Source: Dimorphilus gyrociliatus
Lineage: Eukaryota > Animalia > Annelida
Direction of reading: 5' to 3'
Assembly (NCBI GenBank): GCA_904063045.1
Contig: CAJFCJ010000008.1
Coordinates: forward strand, 992,001-1,056,000
Length of the DNA stretch: 64,000 nucleotides
Part shown: positions 52,101 through 64,000 of the stretch, piece by piece
Position numbering within the stretch: position 1 is the first letter of the stretch
Layout of the letters: each line of letters begins with the position of its first letter
Position numbers and translations under genes: made by a program
The notes under the pieces: model-generated
Seen by the model: only the letters and a program-made list of their open reading frames with translations
Database searches by the model: none
What the model was told of the DNA's origin: nothing

Positions 52101-53079
52101 TTGTACGTATCTATAAATATATACAATTAGATATTCAGTACACTGTTACCTATTTCTACGTTATTTAATTGATGTCCTTCTGATATTCTTTTTAGAATTG
52201 CATTTATTTCTTTCCTAGAAATTTCTTCAGCTGTAAAAGGAACTGCTACGTAACCGGTTGCCACATTATAGATCCTTGCACCTTCAGGTGGACGCTCAGC
52301 AAGTTCCCTAACTTGCCCCTTAACTAATAAGAAAAGAAAAGAAAAGAATATAAGGTGAAACATATTTAACTTTTTCGTTTTCTTTCTTTTAAATACTTTT
52401 TTCTGTCGTTAAAGATAAAGGATTAATAATGATTTGTTTTGTTTCGTATACCTCCCATTATCTTTTCTTTTGGAGGAGGTGCTGTGGAAGCGCTTTGCGG
52501 TCTTTTCTTACCACTAGGTGGACGAGATTTTAAAAAAGTTTTTGCACTAAAAGGTCTATCATTTTTCTGCTTCTTTAACAAATCGTTCAGAGTAGACGAA
52601 GTGCCCCTAAGATATTTATATAGTGAGTTAATAATCAGAATTAAAGGTATTATTCATTAAGCTCAACAAAAGAAGTGATTATTAATAATAGAATATTTCA
52701 GAGTAAAATAAAATAGATTGTTTTTTAAAAGCTTCAAACTGTTAAAAGATGTTTTGTCTTTACCATGCTAGCTTCTTTACTAAACTTTGTCTAGCTTTAT
52801 CTAGTTCGGAAGCACTTCCTCGTCTTACATTAGTTGCTTTGATTTGGCCAGGATCGACTAAATGAACATTATGAACTTTCATTTCTAGGTTGTCAAGCTT
52901 TTTCAAACATACATCAGAATGTTTAAACCAATTCTGTAAGGAACCAAATTAAAGATCAAATTAAAAATTAGAAAATTTCTGCCAAGTGATAGAGTAAGAA
53001 TAAGTACTCTGTTATGAATAATATCCTCCTCAATTTCATCATCCACATAATTATCGTCTTCGTTTAAGTTGTAAGCCAT
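49149..53079 (-). CDS. Uncharacterised multi-exon, low-complexity charged protein
   Basis: In-frame exons traced from ATG 53079 (MAYNLNEDD...) through RPFSA/RPQSA motifs, ERPPEGARIY, the 50436-51164 ORF, NVPISFETLKR|GLLPPTEY, to TGA at 49149-49151. Not all junctions were verified. Confidence 0.68.
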
Positions 53080-53880
53080 TTGATTGATACTTATAGAGTT
53101 TATCTACTTTATTGACATGTAGTAGTTTTCATAACATCCGAAATTGAAAAATTTGGTTATTGCTAAATACTGAGAGTAAAAGGGAATTCAAGTCTCTTAA
53201 CGACAGACTTTAGTAAAATCGATAATAATTTTCCAATGTATTTTGATATTTAATTCTTTCCTTTCTAAGATAGTAATTTAAGTAAATATGTTTTTTTTAT
53301 TCTACTTTTCTATCACTTCTTTTAAAGAAATCTGAGGATTAAAGTTAACTTTCATCCATAGTTAGAAATAGTTAGTTTAGAATTATAAGTAGTTCGATTT
53401 AATATGCGACTAAAATGACCATATTGTAAGACTAGTAAAATCATTTGTATAATTATAACGGCAAACTAGGTTTCTCTTATAATTCTCACGAAAGTATATG
53501 TTTTAAACCTTTTCATATTATAATGGATACGATATGCTAAAGGATCGACTGTTGTCGATATAGCACAACATATTTCTCAATAGCACTTCTGCTTTTGTAA
53601 TTTTTATTTTAATGCTAAAAAGTGTAATTTTTCACTGAATAAACATTGAAATTGTTTACTAAAGTTTAAAAAAATCTATAATTATAAAAATCGATCTTTA
53701 TTCGATTGAACTAATAATATCGATATACTCCAAACGCTTGCTATTCCAAAGGTTTACAGAAGTCGTGTTTATTTTTTGCTTCCGAATAATTTATCTAGAA
53801 AACTTATATCATGCATTATGTAGATGTCCTAGATAATATCTAGTAGAGCAATAAAGAAACTTATGCTTTAGATTTTTGAA

Positions 53881-56216
53881 ATGTCCAAGGAGGAAACATC
53901 AACTTGGAAGCCATCTTCAGGACTTTACGGTTGGTCGTTCGAATCAGACGTTCTTCGCAATTGCGTCAATATACAAGATTACAATTCAACTAATAGTGGA
54001 AAAGAAAATTTCTCTTCAAAACCTACTGGAAATTCTAGGTCATATTCAGAAACTTCAGGAAATTCAGCAGAAGGTGTAGATTCATCGAATTCTACAGGAA
54101 ATTCCGTTCACTCTGAAACAAAAACCCTGCAATCGGAATCTACAACAGTAAAGGAAAAGTGTAAATCTCAAACACCAGAAGTGGATAATTCTTTTTCACC
54201 AGATAAACATCTAACAGATTCAAGAAAAAAAAATAGAACAGGAAAACGTAGTTTAGACAAAAAAATTCACGGAATATCAGCAAATTCTAAAAGTGAAAAG
54301 CGTGCTCCTAAATCGTTTAGCAGCCGTGTATTAGACTCACAGATGCCTTTAAATAATTCCAAAATTCCAAAAACTTCTGGGTCTTCGAACCCAGCTGCAT
54401 TCATTGACAATTTACACACCAAAAGACAAGGTTTAGATTTTAGGACTCAGCAAGAGGAGAGATTTGAAAAAATTAGAGGTATGAATAACAACTAAATAAA
54501 TCTATTACGAAATTTTGTGAAATATACTTAATTAATTAATTTTAGCAAAAAGAGATTTCAAGAATAGAAATAATAGAAATATTTATGTTTTGGAAAAAGA
54601 AAATTATTGGTTTCGTTCCATCAAAATCGTACTGGACGAATTGTCATCAAGACTAAGTATTAAATTATAAATATCCCTTAAATAAAAATTAAAATATACT
54701 GACCTATATACATATTTTTTCCCACAGAAATATATTTATCTATTTTGTCTGATTTACTATATTGTGCTACAATTATATGTATATCCTATATATGGAAGGG
54801 ACTAAAATTATTATTTCGTTTGTTAAGTATTACGTAAGCAACATTTATTATTTATTTACTATGCCTTTATAAATATGAAATGTATTCTCATTTTGAACTT
54901 TGACTATCTCCTTACAGAGTAATGATTGGCCTTTACTTTTCACTCAGTTATATCCTTACTTTTATTTCCTTTGTCAAAAGTCGATTTGATAAGTCTAAGC
55001 CAGTTATAAATGATGAAATCAATTGGGGTGAAAAAGAGAATATAGAATTACCAACAACCGGTTAGTCACCAGCAACTTTGAATTTTTTTTGCTTAATAAT
55101 AGTAGTACGGTCGACTTACCGATTTCATTTTTTATTTTATAACTGTATCGGTTACAAAATAATGGAAATCAATGTTTTTGGTTTATTTTTTCGATTTTTT
55201 ATTCCTTTTTCTTGTCCTATAGGTGACGAAGCAATTGCAAGATTACTTTCGAGTGAGGGCAAAGACGCGTATAGTATTTTAGGATTGAAATGGAATGCGA
55301 GCGATGAAGATATTAAGAAATACTACAGGAAGCAAGCAGTCTTAGTTCACCCTGACAAAGTAAGATAGAAAATTTTTTTATGTTGATTAATTACTGTTTT
55401 CAATTTTCAGAACGCAAAACCAGGAGCTGAAACAGCTTTTAAGATACTTGGGCAAGCTTTTGAGATGATAGGATCTAGTGTAAATATTATTTTCTTTTAT
55501 TTTTTTTGAAATTTCAACTTAAAAAATGGATTAGGAGTATAGATTTTTCAATTACAGACGGCTAGAAGAGCTTACGATACTCAAATGAAAGATACAGAAC
55601 AGCGATTACACGCTCAGCACAATTTGGAAGATCTCCTAGATAAGTTGAAAACAAAACTAGGCGAGGCAGCTAATACAATGAGATGTTCGAATTGTTGTAA
55701 GGCTCATAAAAGAATTCCAACTACCAAATCTAAAGACGTAGCTCGCTATTGCTCGGGGTGTAGAGATTATCATTCGGCTACAGATGGTGATGTATGGGCG
55801 GAAACACGCTTGGTGTTTATTTGGCACTACTATTGGTGCGTGGATGGCTGTGTTTACGATATCACGGATTATGCTCAGTGTAACGTAAGTCAATTTTACT
55901 GGATCGTAAATAGACTTGATATAAAATAGGATTAGTAATTTGTTGTACGTCCTTCAAGCTTTGCCAATCTTTCTAATATACTTTTTATTTTTCATTCACA
56001 CAGTTTTCATCTATGAAAGCAATTCGACCGAATTCTCATATTGTCCAATTGAAAATGGGATTCAAGCAGAAACGGCCTAATAATAAATTTGATGATTTCT
56101 TACGAGATTTATATGAGAGAGCGGGTACTACAAATGATAACAATCAACCGCAACAACCACAGCAGCAGCAACACCAAGATAAGCAGAAGAAAAAGAAGAA
56201 AGGAAAACGTCGATAA
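53881..56216 (+). CDS. DNAJC14: DnaJ homolog subfamily C member 14 (J-domain + Jiv90 domain)
   Basis: Disordered N-terminus, hydrophobic middle exons, J-domain (AYSILGL...IKKYYRKQAVLVHPDK) and a Cys-rich Jiv region (MRCSNC...H.R...ARYCSGC..YH....GDVWAE...VYDITD...C). Confidence 0.93.
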
Positions 56217-56607
56217 CAAACTATTCTTATTAGTGAATTCATATTCTGTCAAAGTATATTCAAGGATTTGTAACGGATGGAAACCTATTTGAAAAGCTCT
56301 AATGATTAAAAATTTCAATAATTGTACACTCTTTGGAAGTAATTTCCTGCTGATATATAACGTAAAACGATTATACTCAAAATTACTCTTGAAAATTGGA
56401 AATGAAGGGGTCTAAAACTGTCATGAAAGTTATTTCAAATTGAGAAAGATTTTAAAACTTATGAAACAGTTTTTTCTCATTTTACTTTTTTGTGACTTTT
56501 CTTTTTTTTCTTGTGAAATGACTGAAAAAAGTATATGAAAGTAAAAATTATAAAAAGGTTTATATCTTTAAAACGAACAATTCAACAAGAAAACACACGC
56601 TTAGTTT

Positions 56608-57897
56608 TTAAGAGTTTCGTGCTTTAGCTGTTCTAGCAAATGAAACAACAATTGGTTTATCGAAAAGTAATACAGCGTTTGTTAATGACAGGGCTTCACT
56701 GGCTAAATTTTCGGAAGAGAAACTAATGAACGCCTGGCCTTTCATTCTTCCACTTTGCATTAATCGAATATCGAATGCATTCTTTTCTATTTCATTGTTC
56801 CAATCTACAAAACCTCCATATATCGATCTTAGATCGTCCTCCGTCACCCTTTTTGACAAATTTTTAACGTATAATCGACAAGATGCTTCCCCTTTACTAT
56901 ATTTTTTAAATACTTTTTCTTTAATTATTTCACTCTCTACCAGTTGCTTTTTCTTTAACTCGTCTCTCGTCAAAAATTTAACTTCTACATTTTCTGCAGG
57001 AACTTCTACCGGTTCTTCTTCTGGTATAGGGAGTGGTTCTATCTTACCAAAACCCGTTTTGACATTAACGTTACTTTCTGCGCTTCTCTTTTCTCTTGTA
57101 GCAATATTAGCAGGTAAGTTCAAAGGTTTAGAAATCTTTTTAAGAGTGACATCGAATAATTCTTCCACAGAATATTTCGCCCTTTTTGCAGAGCCATGCG
57201 AAATTTTTTGCAATTTATGCTTTGCTCGCTTTTTATCTTCTTTTATCTTCCTCTTTTTTGTTATGGTGATTAAATGGTCTTCAGAAGATTCGATTTCCGA
57301 TTCCGATTCTGTTTCCATTTTTACTGGTTCCAAATTTGTATTCTGTGGAAATGGTATAGGGGGACCAGGGTGAATTTCTTCGAAGGGAGGAGGTAAATTC
57401 ATTTTATTCATAAGATGAAGAACTTGAGTATAAAAGCGAGGAACACCCACTAAAGCCTTGGAGATATTTAATAATGTACAATAGTTTGGACGTGGATACT
57501 TGTAATATAACTTTGGATTCAAGGGATATTTGACTTTAAACAGGTCTGATAGACTATGCAAATCTAACCAAAAGTCATCCTTTCCTGTACTAGCATCTTC
57601 TTCACATGCAGCTTCTCTATAATTCATTCTGGATGGATGATGGGATCTGTAACATTCGTGTGATAATTCAGCCTTAAGTCTTCTACCCAAAATTTCTAAC
57701 TGATGTAATCTTTTCACAGCCGAAAGGGCAATTTCTTGTGAAGGGAAGCATCCAAAAGCACAGTGTTTCAATTTCCCAGCAGAACCCATACACTTGACAT
57801 TTGATGCTCCAAAATGTTCCAATAGGGCAGTTTTTTTATCATTTGATAATTCCGCAGGCAAATTACGGACAATTATTGTGCAATTTGGTTCTGTCAT
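56608..57897 (-). CDS. RNPC3: RNA-binding region-containing protein 3 (U11/U12 snRNP 65K), intronless
   Basis: Two RRMs; YKYPRPN...LNISKALVGVPRFYTQVLHLMNKMNLPPPF; C-terminal RLYVKNL...DIRLMQSGRMKGQAFI. Confidence 0.93.
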   Translation of the reverse strand: MTEPNCTIIVRNLPAELSNDKKTALLEHFGASNVKCMGSAGKLKHCAFGCFPSQEIALSAVKRLHQLEILGRRLKAELSHECYRSHHPSRMNYREAACEEDASTGKDDFWLDLHSLSDLFKVKYPLNPKLYYKYPRPNYCTLLNISKALVGVPRFYTQVLHLMNKMNLPPPFEEIHPGPPIPFPQNTNLEPVKMETESESEIESSEDHLITITKKRKIKEDKKRAKHKLQKISHGSAKRAKYSVEELFDVTLKKISKPLNLPANIATREKRSAESNVNVKTGFGKIEPLPIPEEEPVEVPAENVEVKFLTRDELKKKQLVESEIIKEKVFKKYSKGEASCRLYVKNLSKRVTEDDLRSIYGGFVDWNNEIEKNAFDIRLMQSGRMKGQAFISFSSENLASEALSLTNAVLLFDKPIVVSFARTAKARNS

Positions 57898-58662
57898 AGT
57901 TGCCTTTTTATGTTATTACCATACAGATGAAAATTTTATATTCACATAAGTCATCTGTGCAATAACAACCTTACAGAAACAACAGAGTTTGATGATGATT
58001 TACAAATCTTTCAGTATTGGCTTTCATATTCATGCAATTTCGCCCAACAAAAAACCTTGAACTTAAATTTTACGAAAACGTATTTTTGTCAAATTTTTTA
58101 CGAAATATTTTATTTTTGTTAAAGTACTCAAAATAAATATATTAATTACGAATTCGAAAAAAAATATGTAAAAAATTTCACTTCCGGTGTATAAAATGGA
58201 AAACATTTCGAAAATTTTGCCGGGGAAAAAAACTCAAAGCAAAGACTTCAAGGCTTAAATTTCCATAACAACAGTCGTATGTTATAAATTAACACGAAAG
58301 CCAAAATTTGACTATTAATATACCCATAACAAACAACAATATGCTGTTAAATCAGATAATATTATGACAGAGGCAAATCATAATCTTTAAGATATTACAC
58401 AAAATATATCTTTTAATATTTTAAAAAAATTAATGAAAAATTTTTAATTTAAATTATTATATCTAATTGCTTTCACTAGCTAACTTTATTAATTTGAGGT
58501 ATAAATAAGGTCATTTTTTCAAAAGGCGCGGTCTAAATACCTCAGCATAACATTAACCTAAAAACAGCTTCGACTACGACATCTAGAGGCTGTTTAAACA
58601 ACGTCACAGGCGGCATCAGATAGCAGTTTCAGAGCGATTCTGAAATCCAGTAACGAACTAGC

Positions 58663-60498
58663 ATGTCTCTTCTAACAATCTTTGAAAATCCTTGGCTGAC
58701 TGTTTTACTTCCTGTGGCACTATCCGCTACATGGTTAAGATACAAGGGCTTAGAGTACATTTTATATAATTATAGATGGGTATTTGTATGCACTTTCTTA
58801 ATGCCTGCTTCCTTAATATATAATGTAGTTTGGTATGTGAGAAGTTGGATCATCTTCAAAATGAATAGCGCTCCTCACAAACATGTAGAAAAGGTAAAAC
58901 ATGTTCAAAAACAAGTGAAATCATGGAATGAAAAAGGAAGACAAGGACAAATGTGTACAGCTCGACCAGGCTGGATGGCAGTTTGCTTAAGAGAAGGAAA
59001 GTATAAGAAAACTTTACAAAATATCGATGTTAACTTAATGGATGTTATTGAAGTAGATGCCGAAAAACAGGTACATGCCAAGTATGATTGTACTTTCTAA
59101 TCTAAATCTCATTTGAATTATCAACAGATCGTACGAGTTGAGCCATTGGCTACCATGGGTCAAGTATCAGCAACTTTAATACCTATGGGTTGGACTTTGC
59201 CTATAGTACCAGAATTAGACGATTTAACGGTTGGGGGTCTCATCATGGGCGTTGGTATCGAATCTTCTTCACACAAGCACGGGTTAATGCAACATGTTTG
59301 CGAGGCTTTAGAAGTTGTATTGGCTGACGGAAACGTTGTAAAGTGCAATAAAGTTAATATTTTTTATTGATATCTCATAAATAGCTATAATATTCACTTT
59401 TCTAAATATCTATCTTTCTCTATCACAACAGAAAGACAATCCCGATTTGTTCTATTCGCTATTTTGGTCACATGGTACACTTGGTTTTCTAGTTTCGGCC
59501 GATATTCGAATTGTTCCTGCAAAGAAATTTGTCAAATTATCCTACAAACCTGTACATACATTTTCTGAAGTTGTTACAGAATTCGAACAAAGTACATTAA
59601 AGAAAACTGGAAATGATTTCGTTGAAGGATTGATGTATTCAAAGAACGAAGCTGTAATTATGACTGGTATCATGACTGACGAAGCTGAACCTGATAAGGT
59701 GATAATTTGCATTCTATTAATTTCAAAGAGATTCTCAGTCTTTTCTTTCATTTGTAGGTAAATGTAATAAGTCGACACTACAAACCATGGTTCTTCAAGC
59801 ATGTAGAGACATTTTTACAACGTGGTGAAGATTACGAATATATACCATTAAGAGATTATTATCACAGACATACAAGAAGTATTTTCTGGCAACTGCAAGA
59901 TATAGTTCCTTTTGGGAATAACTTTGTTTTTAGGGTATTATTTGGTTGGTTGATGCCACCTAAAATTTCACTTTTAAAGCTCACACAAGGAGAAACTATA
60001 AAGAGAATGTATGAAAAACATCAAATAATTCAAGATTTATTGGTTCCACTTTCTAAATTGGATAGTGCATTGTTAAAATTCCACGATGAGATTGAGGTAT
60101 TAAGGAACAAAATATAATTAATCACTTTGATAAAAGTCTTCTTATAATGCCATGTATACTATTTTCAGCTTTATCCCTTATGGCTTTGCCCTTTAAAGTT
60201 GCCAAAGACTCCAGGTTTCTTAAGATGTTCGAAAGAAGATGAAATACTTGTTGACATTGGTGCCTACGGCAGCCCAAAGACAAAGCACTACCATGCATAC
60301 GATACAACTAGAAGACTTGAAAAGTTTCTTTTGGGTGCAAATGGAATTCAAATGCTTTATGCCGACTCCTATTTAACACGAGAAGAGTTTAGACAAATGT
60401 TTGACCACTCTCTCTATGATAAAATGAGAGCAAAACTCAATTGTTCTGACGCTTTTCCTGAAATCTATGACAAGGTTAATAGATCAGCAAGAGATTAG
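58663..60498 (+). CDS. DHCR24: Delta(24)-sterol reductase (FAD-linked), copy 1, 5 exons
   Basis: KGLEYIL...[85 protein letters not shown]. Confidence 0.97.
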
Positions 60499-61394
60499 CT
60501 TAATCTAGTAATAAATAACACTATAACACTCTAAGAGAAGAAAAGTAGGCAGAATTGCTCAGTTTTCTGCAATATAATAGATAGTTTTATTGATTGAGTC
60601 CGTTATTTGTCTATTTATTAAATACAAGTTTGCGTTTTTGCGTTTTTAATTCCATATATATCATTTCTAACTATTATTATTATTGTTGATATGTTCTGAA
60701 CTGTATACTTCAGTCTTTGGCCAAGTATCACACAGTGAATGATTAATTTATTAATTGATAATAATAAATAATTTAATTATCTTAATATGAGTTGTTCGTA
60801 ATAAAATAATGATTTATTAATAAGTCAATTTAGAGTAAAATATTTGTTGCCTCCATTGCAATCTCAACACTAGAGATAACTGAATAGAAAAAAAAATGTT
60901 TAGCTTAGAATATATACAATATATGACACCAATGAGTCAAGTCATACTTTTTAACTTCGAATATTACGAATACTAGGCAATCTTCGATTAAGATATTTAA
61001 GAACAAATAAATAGATCTGATATCGTTTCTGACAATTCTGTTATCAATATATTACTAAATAGATCACTTGAAAGGGCGACAATATCTTTAAATAGAAAAA
61101 TATCATCATCATTTTTCTACGCGTGGTTCAACTGTCCTCTAATAAATAAGAAAGTCATTTAATCCTACTTTCATTTATCAGTAAGGCTGCAAGTTGTTTT
61201 TCATTGATATTCAATAGTTTTCACCCTTTTATTTTAGTTATTGTTACCGTTGATATATTATTAGTTATAATTAGTTGACTAATAAATGAATATTCCTTAG
61301 AAAAAGGGCATAATTTTTAAACTGCACATCATTTCAGAAGTCAAATAACAAATCGATTGAAATGTTCTAGATATGTTTTTTTGCGCTAATGATG

Positions 61395-61892
61395 TAAATT
61401 GCTCTAGGTGAACTTCTACACGAAGAAATTGATATAAGAGCGAGAAATATTTGTCAAAAAGCTTTGGACATATTTAATAATGTATAATTAAATGGACATG
61501 GACACTTGTAATATAACTTTAGACTCAAGGGATATTTGACTTTAAGCAGATCTTATAGACTATGCAAACATAGCCAATAGTCATACTTTCCTCTATCCTC
61601 AATTTTCTTCACATATAACTTCTCTATAATTCATTCTAAATGGATGTTAGGAATTGTGATATTCGTATGATAGATCAGCCCTAAAATCTTCTAATCGAAA
61701 TTTTTAAATGTAGAAACTTTGGCACAGTTTTTCGTAAAAAGAAGCATTCCAAAGCATGTCATTATATTTTCCCAACACATCTCTTAAGTTTCGCCTTTTA
61801 TGCTCTAAACTGATTCACTAGAGCAAATTCTTGTCGTTAGTTAGTGAAGAAGGCAAATTATGGGCAATTATTGTGCAATTTGGTTTTGTCAT
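61395..61892 (-). pseudogene. RNPC3: Decayed, frameshifted duplicate of the RNPC3 5' region
   Basis: ATG at 61892 reads MTKPNCTIIAHNLPSSLTNDKNLL* versus MTEPNCTIIVRNLPAELSNDKKTALLEHF; DNA similarity to about 57380-57897 continues (e.g. cttgtaatataacttt.gat.caagggatatttgactttaa). Confidence 0.85.
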
Positions 61893-62576
61893 TGTTGGCT
61901 TTTATTTTTTGGTTGTATACAGAAAAAACTATAAATTTAATATAAACCGTCCATACAACAAAAAATTTAGAAAAATAATGGAATTTAAAAATTTTTTTAT
62001 AAACCTTTCAGCATTGCCTTTCAGATCTAGACAAGTTCCCCAATGTGATCGACCTTGACTTTCACTTTTACGAATTTATATAAATGTATTTTTTATACAG
62101 ATAAACGTTTATTTTCTAAGGAATTTAAAATGACTTTAATAATTACGAATTCGAAAATAATTATATAAAGTTTCCTGTTCCGTTTAAAGTTGGTTAACGA
62201 TTTCGAAAATTTTGCCGGGAAAAACATTCGAAACAGAGATTGAGTGCATGAATATCATTCTGAATACCATTATCTATCAAACCAATATAGAGGTAACTTT
62301 TCGACAATTTATCTTTACTTACAGCGGTTTTTTATCGAAAAGATTTCGTTAAACATATTTAAAAAAAGTGTAGCACGCACATTTCAGAGTGTAATTTTAA
62401 GATTAGATATAAATTATGTCAATTTTTTTTTGACAGATCGGAGCCTAAGTGCTCAAGCCTTACATTAATATAAAAAATAACTTCGACTACGACACCTAGG
62501 GGCGATATAAATAACGTCACTGGCATTGTCAGAATAACAGTTTCAGACTGATTCTGAAATCCAGTAACGAAATAAC

Positions 62577-64000
62577 ATGTCTCTTCTAACAATCTTTGAA
62601 AATCCTTGGCTGACTGTTTTACTTCCTGTGGCACTATCCGCTACATGGTTAAGATACAAGGGCTTAGATTACATTTTATATAATTATAGATGGGTATTTG
62701 TATGCACTTTCTTAATGCCTGCTTCCTTAATATATAATGTAGTTTGGTATGTGAGAAGTTGGATCATCTTCAAAATGAATAGCGCTCCTCACAAACATGT
62801 AGAAAAGGTAAAACATGTTCAAAAACAAGTGAAATCATGGAATGAAAAAGGAAGACAAGGACAAATGTGTACAGCTCGACCAGGCTGGATGGCAGTTTGC
62901 TTAAGAGAAGGAAAGTATAAGAAAACTTTACAAAATATCGATGTTAACTTAATGGATGTTATTGAAGTAGATGCCGAAAAACAGGTATGTTCCAAGATGA
63001 TTGTACTTTCTAATCTAAATCTCATTTGAATTATCAACAGATCGTACGAGTTGAGCCATTGGCTACCATGGGTCAAGTATCAGCAACTTTAATACCTATG
63101 GGTTGGACTTTGCCTATAGTACCAGAATTAGACGATTTAACGGTTGGGGGTCTCATCATGGGCGTTGGTATCGAATCTTCTTCACACAAGCACGGGTTAA
63201 TGCAACATGTTTGCGAGGCTTTAGAAGTTGTATTGGCTGACGGAAGCGTTGTAAAGTGCAATAAAGTTAATATTTTTTATTGATATCTCATAAATAGCTA
63301 TAATATTCACTTTTCTAAATATCTATCTTTCTCTATCACAACAGAAAGACAATCCCGATTTGTTCTATTCGCTATTTTGGTCACATGGTACACTTGGTTT
63401 TCTAGTTTCGGCCGATATTCGAATTGTTCCTGCAAAGAAATTTGTCAAATTATCCTACAAACCTGTACATACATTTTCTGAAGTTGTTACAGAATTCGAA
63501 CAAAGTACATTAAAGAAAACTGGAAATGATTTCGTTGAAGGATTGATGTATTCAAAGAACGAAGCTGTAATTATGACTGGTATCATGACTGACGAAGCTG
63601 AACCTGATAAGGTGATAATTTGCATTCTATTAATTTCAAAGAGATTCTCAGTCTTTTCTTTCATTTGTAGGTAAATGTAATAAGTCGACACTACAAACCA
63701 TGGTTCTTCAAGCATGTAGAGACATTTTTACAACGTGGTGAAGATTACGAATATATACCATTAAGAGATTATTATCACAGACATACAAGAAGTATTTTCT
63801 GGCAACTGCAAGATATAGTTCCTTTTGGGAATAACTTTGTTTTTAGGGTATTATTTGGTTGGTTGATGCCACCTAAAATTTCACTTTTAAAGCTCACACA
63901 AGGAGAAACTATAAAGAGAATGTATGAAAAACATCAAATAATTCAAGATTTTGTTGTTCCCCTTGATACACTGAGCAAATCATTATTGAAATTCCACGAT
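62577..64000 (+). CDS. DHCR24: Delta(24)-sterol reductase, copy 2 (runs off window end in exon 4)
   Basis: Near-identical to 58663-60038 including introns; the frame is open to the window end; the sequence diverges from 63952 onward. Confidence 0.94.

Larger units (their letters stand above)
57380..64000. repeat. Tandem segmental duplication (unit about 3.9-4.0 kb: RNPC3 5' part, intergenic region, DHCR24)
   Basis: DHCR24 copies are offset by 3914/3913 nt; the RNPC3 5' region reappears at about 61395-61892; shared motifs occur in both intergenic regions. Confidence 0.92.

Noticed and set aside
53718-53725. TATCGATA (DRE-like element) in the divergent promoter before DNAJC14
   Set aside because: A single AT-rich 8-mer is expected by chance in 64 kb of this composition.
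56726-57373. 215-aa + strand ORF
   Set aside because: Antisense shadow of the RNPC3 coding sequence; F/S/L-rich composition typical of the reverse of a K/E-rich protein.
1-64000. tRNA/rRNA genes, CRISPR arrays, transposases and U12-type introns
   Set aside because: None seen by eye. The RTATCCTT-like hits fall inside exons or on the non-coding strand. Small ncRNAs could be missed without covariance-model searches.

Overview
Gene-dense, very AT-rich eukaryotic DNA with many short (about 50-70 nt) GT-AG introns. The ORF track therefore mostly shows exon fragments, and I rebuilt the gene models by hand from splice sites and reading phase. A mollusc/annelid-type troponin T and a universal stress protein point to a lophotrochozoan invertebrate with a compact genome (inference; a small-genome annelid would fit). 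I can support about 28 protein-coding genes: MSL3 (partial), NDUFV1, ITM2/BRICHOS, an FkbM/Star-like methyltransferase, troponin T, DNA polymerase lambda, an SLC16 transporter, ETHE1, a GST, ASS1, a USP, PSMD4, TRAPPC10, TXNDC15, TYW3, PMM, two HotDog thioesterase-like paralogs, AKAP17A, CARHSP1 (not recovered by the ORF track), DHX37, DNAJC14, RNPC3, two DHCR24 copies and three uncharacterised genes. The most striking structures are: (1) two homologous troponin T exons separated by only 28 nt, implying sterically enforced mutually exclusive splicing; (2) a Pol lambda gene hosting two complete nested genes, ETHE1 antisense in intron 1 and SLC16 on the same strand in intron 3; (3) an old RNPC3-DHCR24 tandem duplication in which the RNPC3 copy has decayed while about 1.4 kb of DHCR24 is nearly identical between copies, suggesting gene conversion. 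I found no supportable tRNA, rRNA, CRISPR array or intact transposon.
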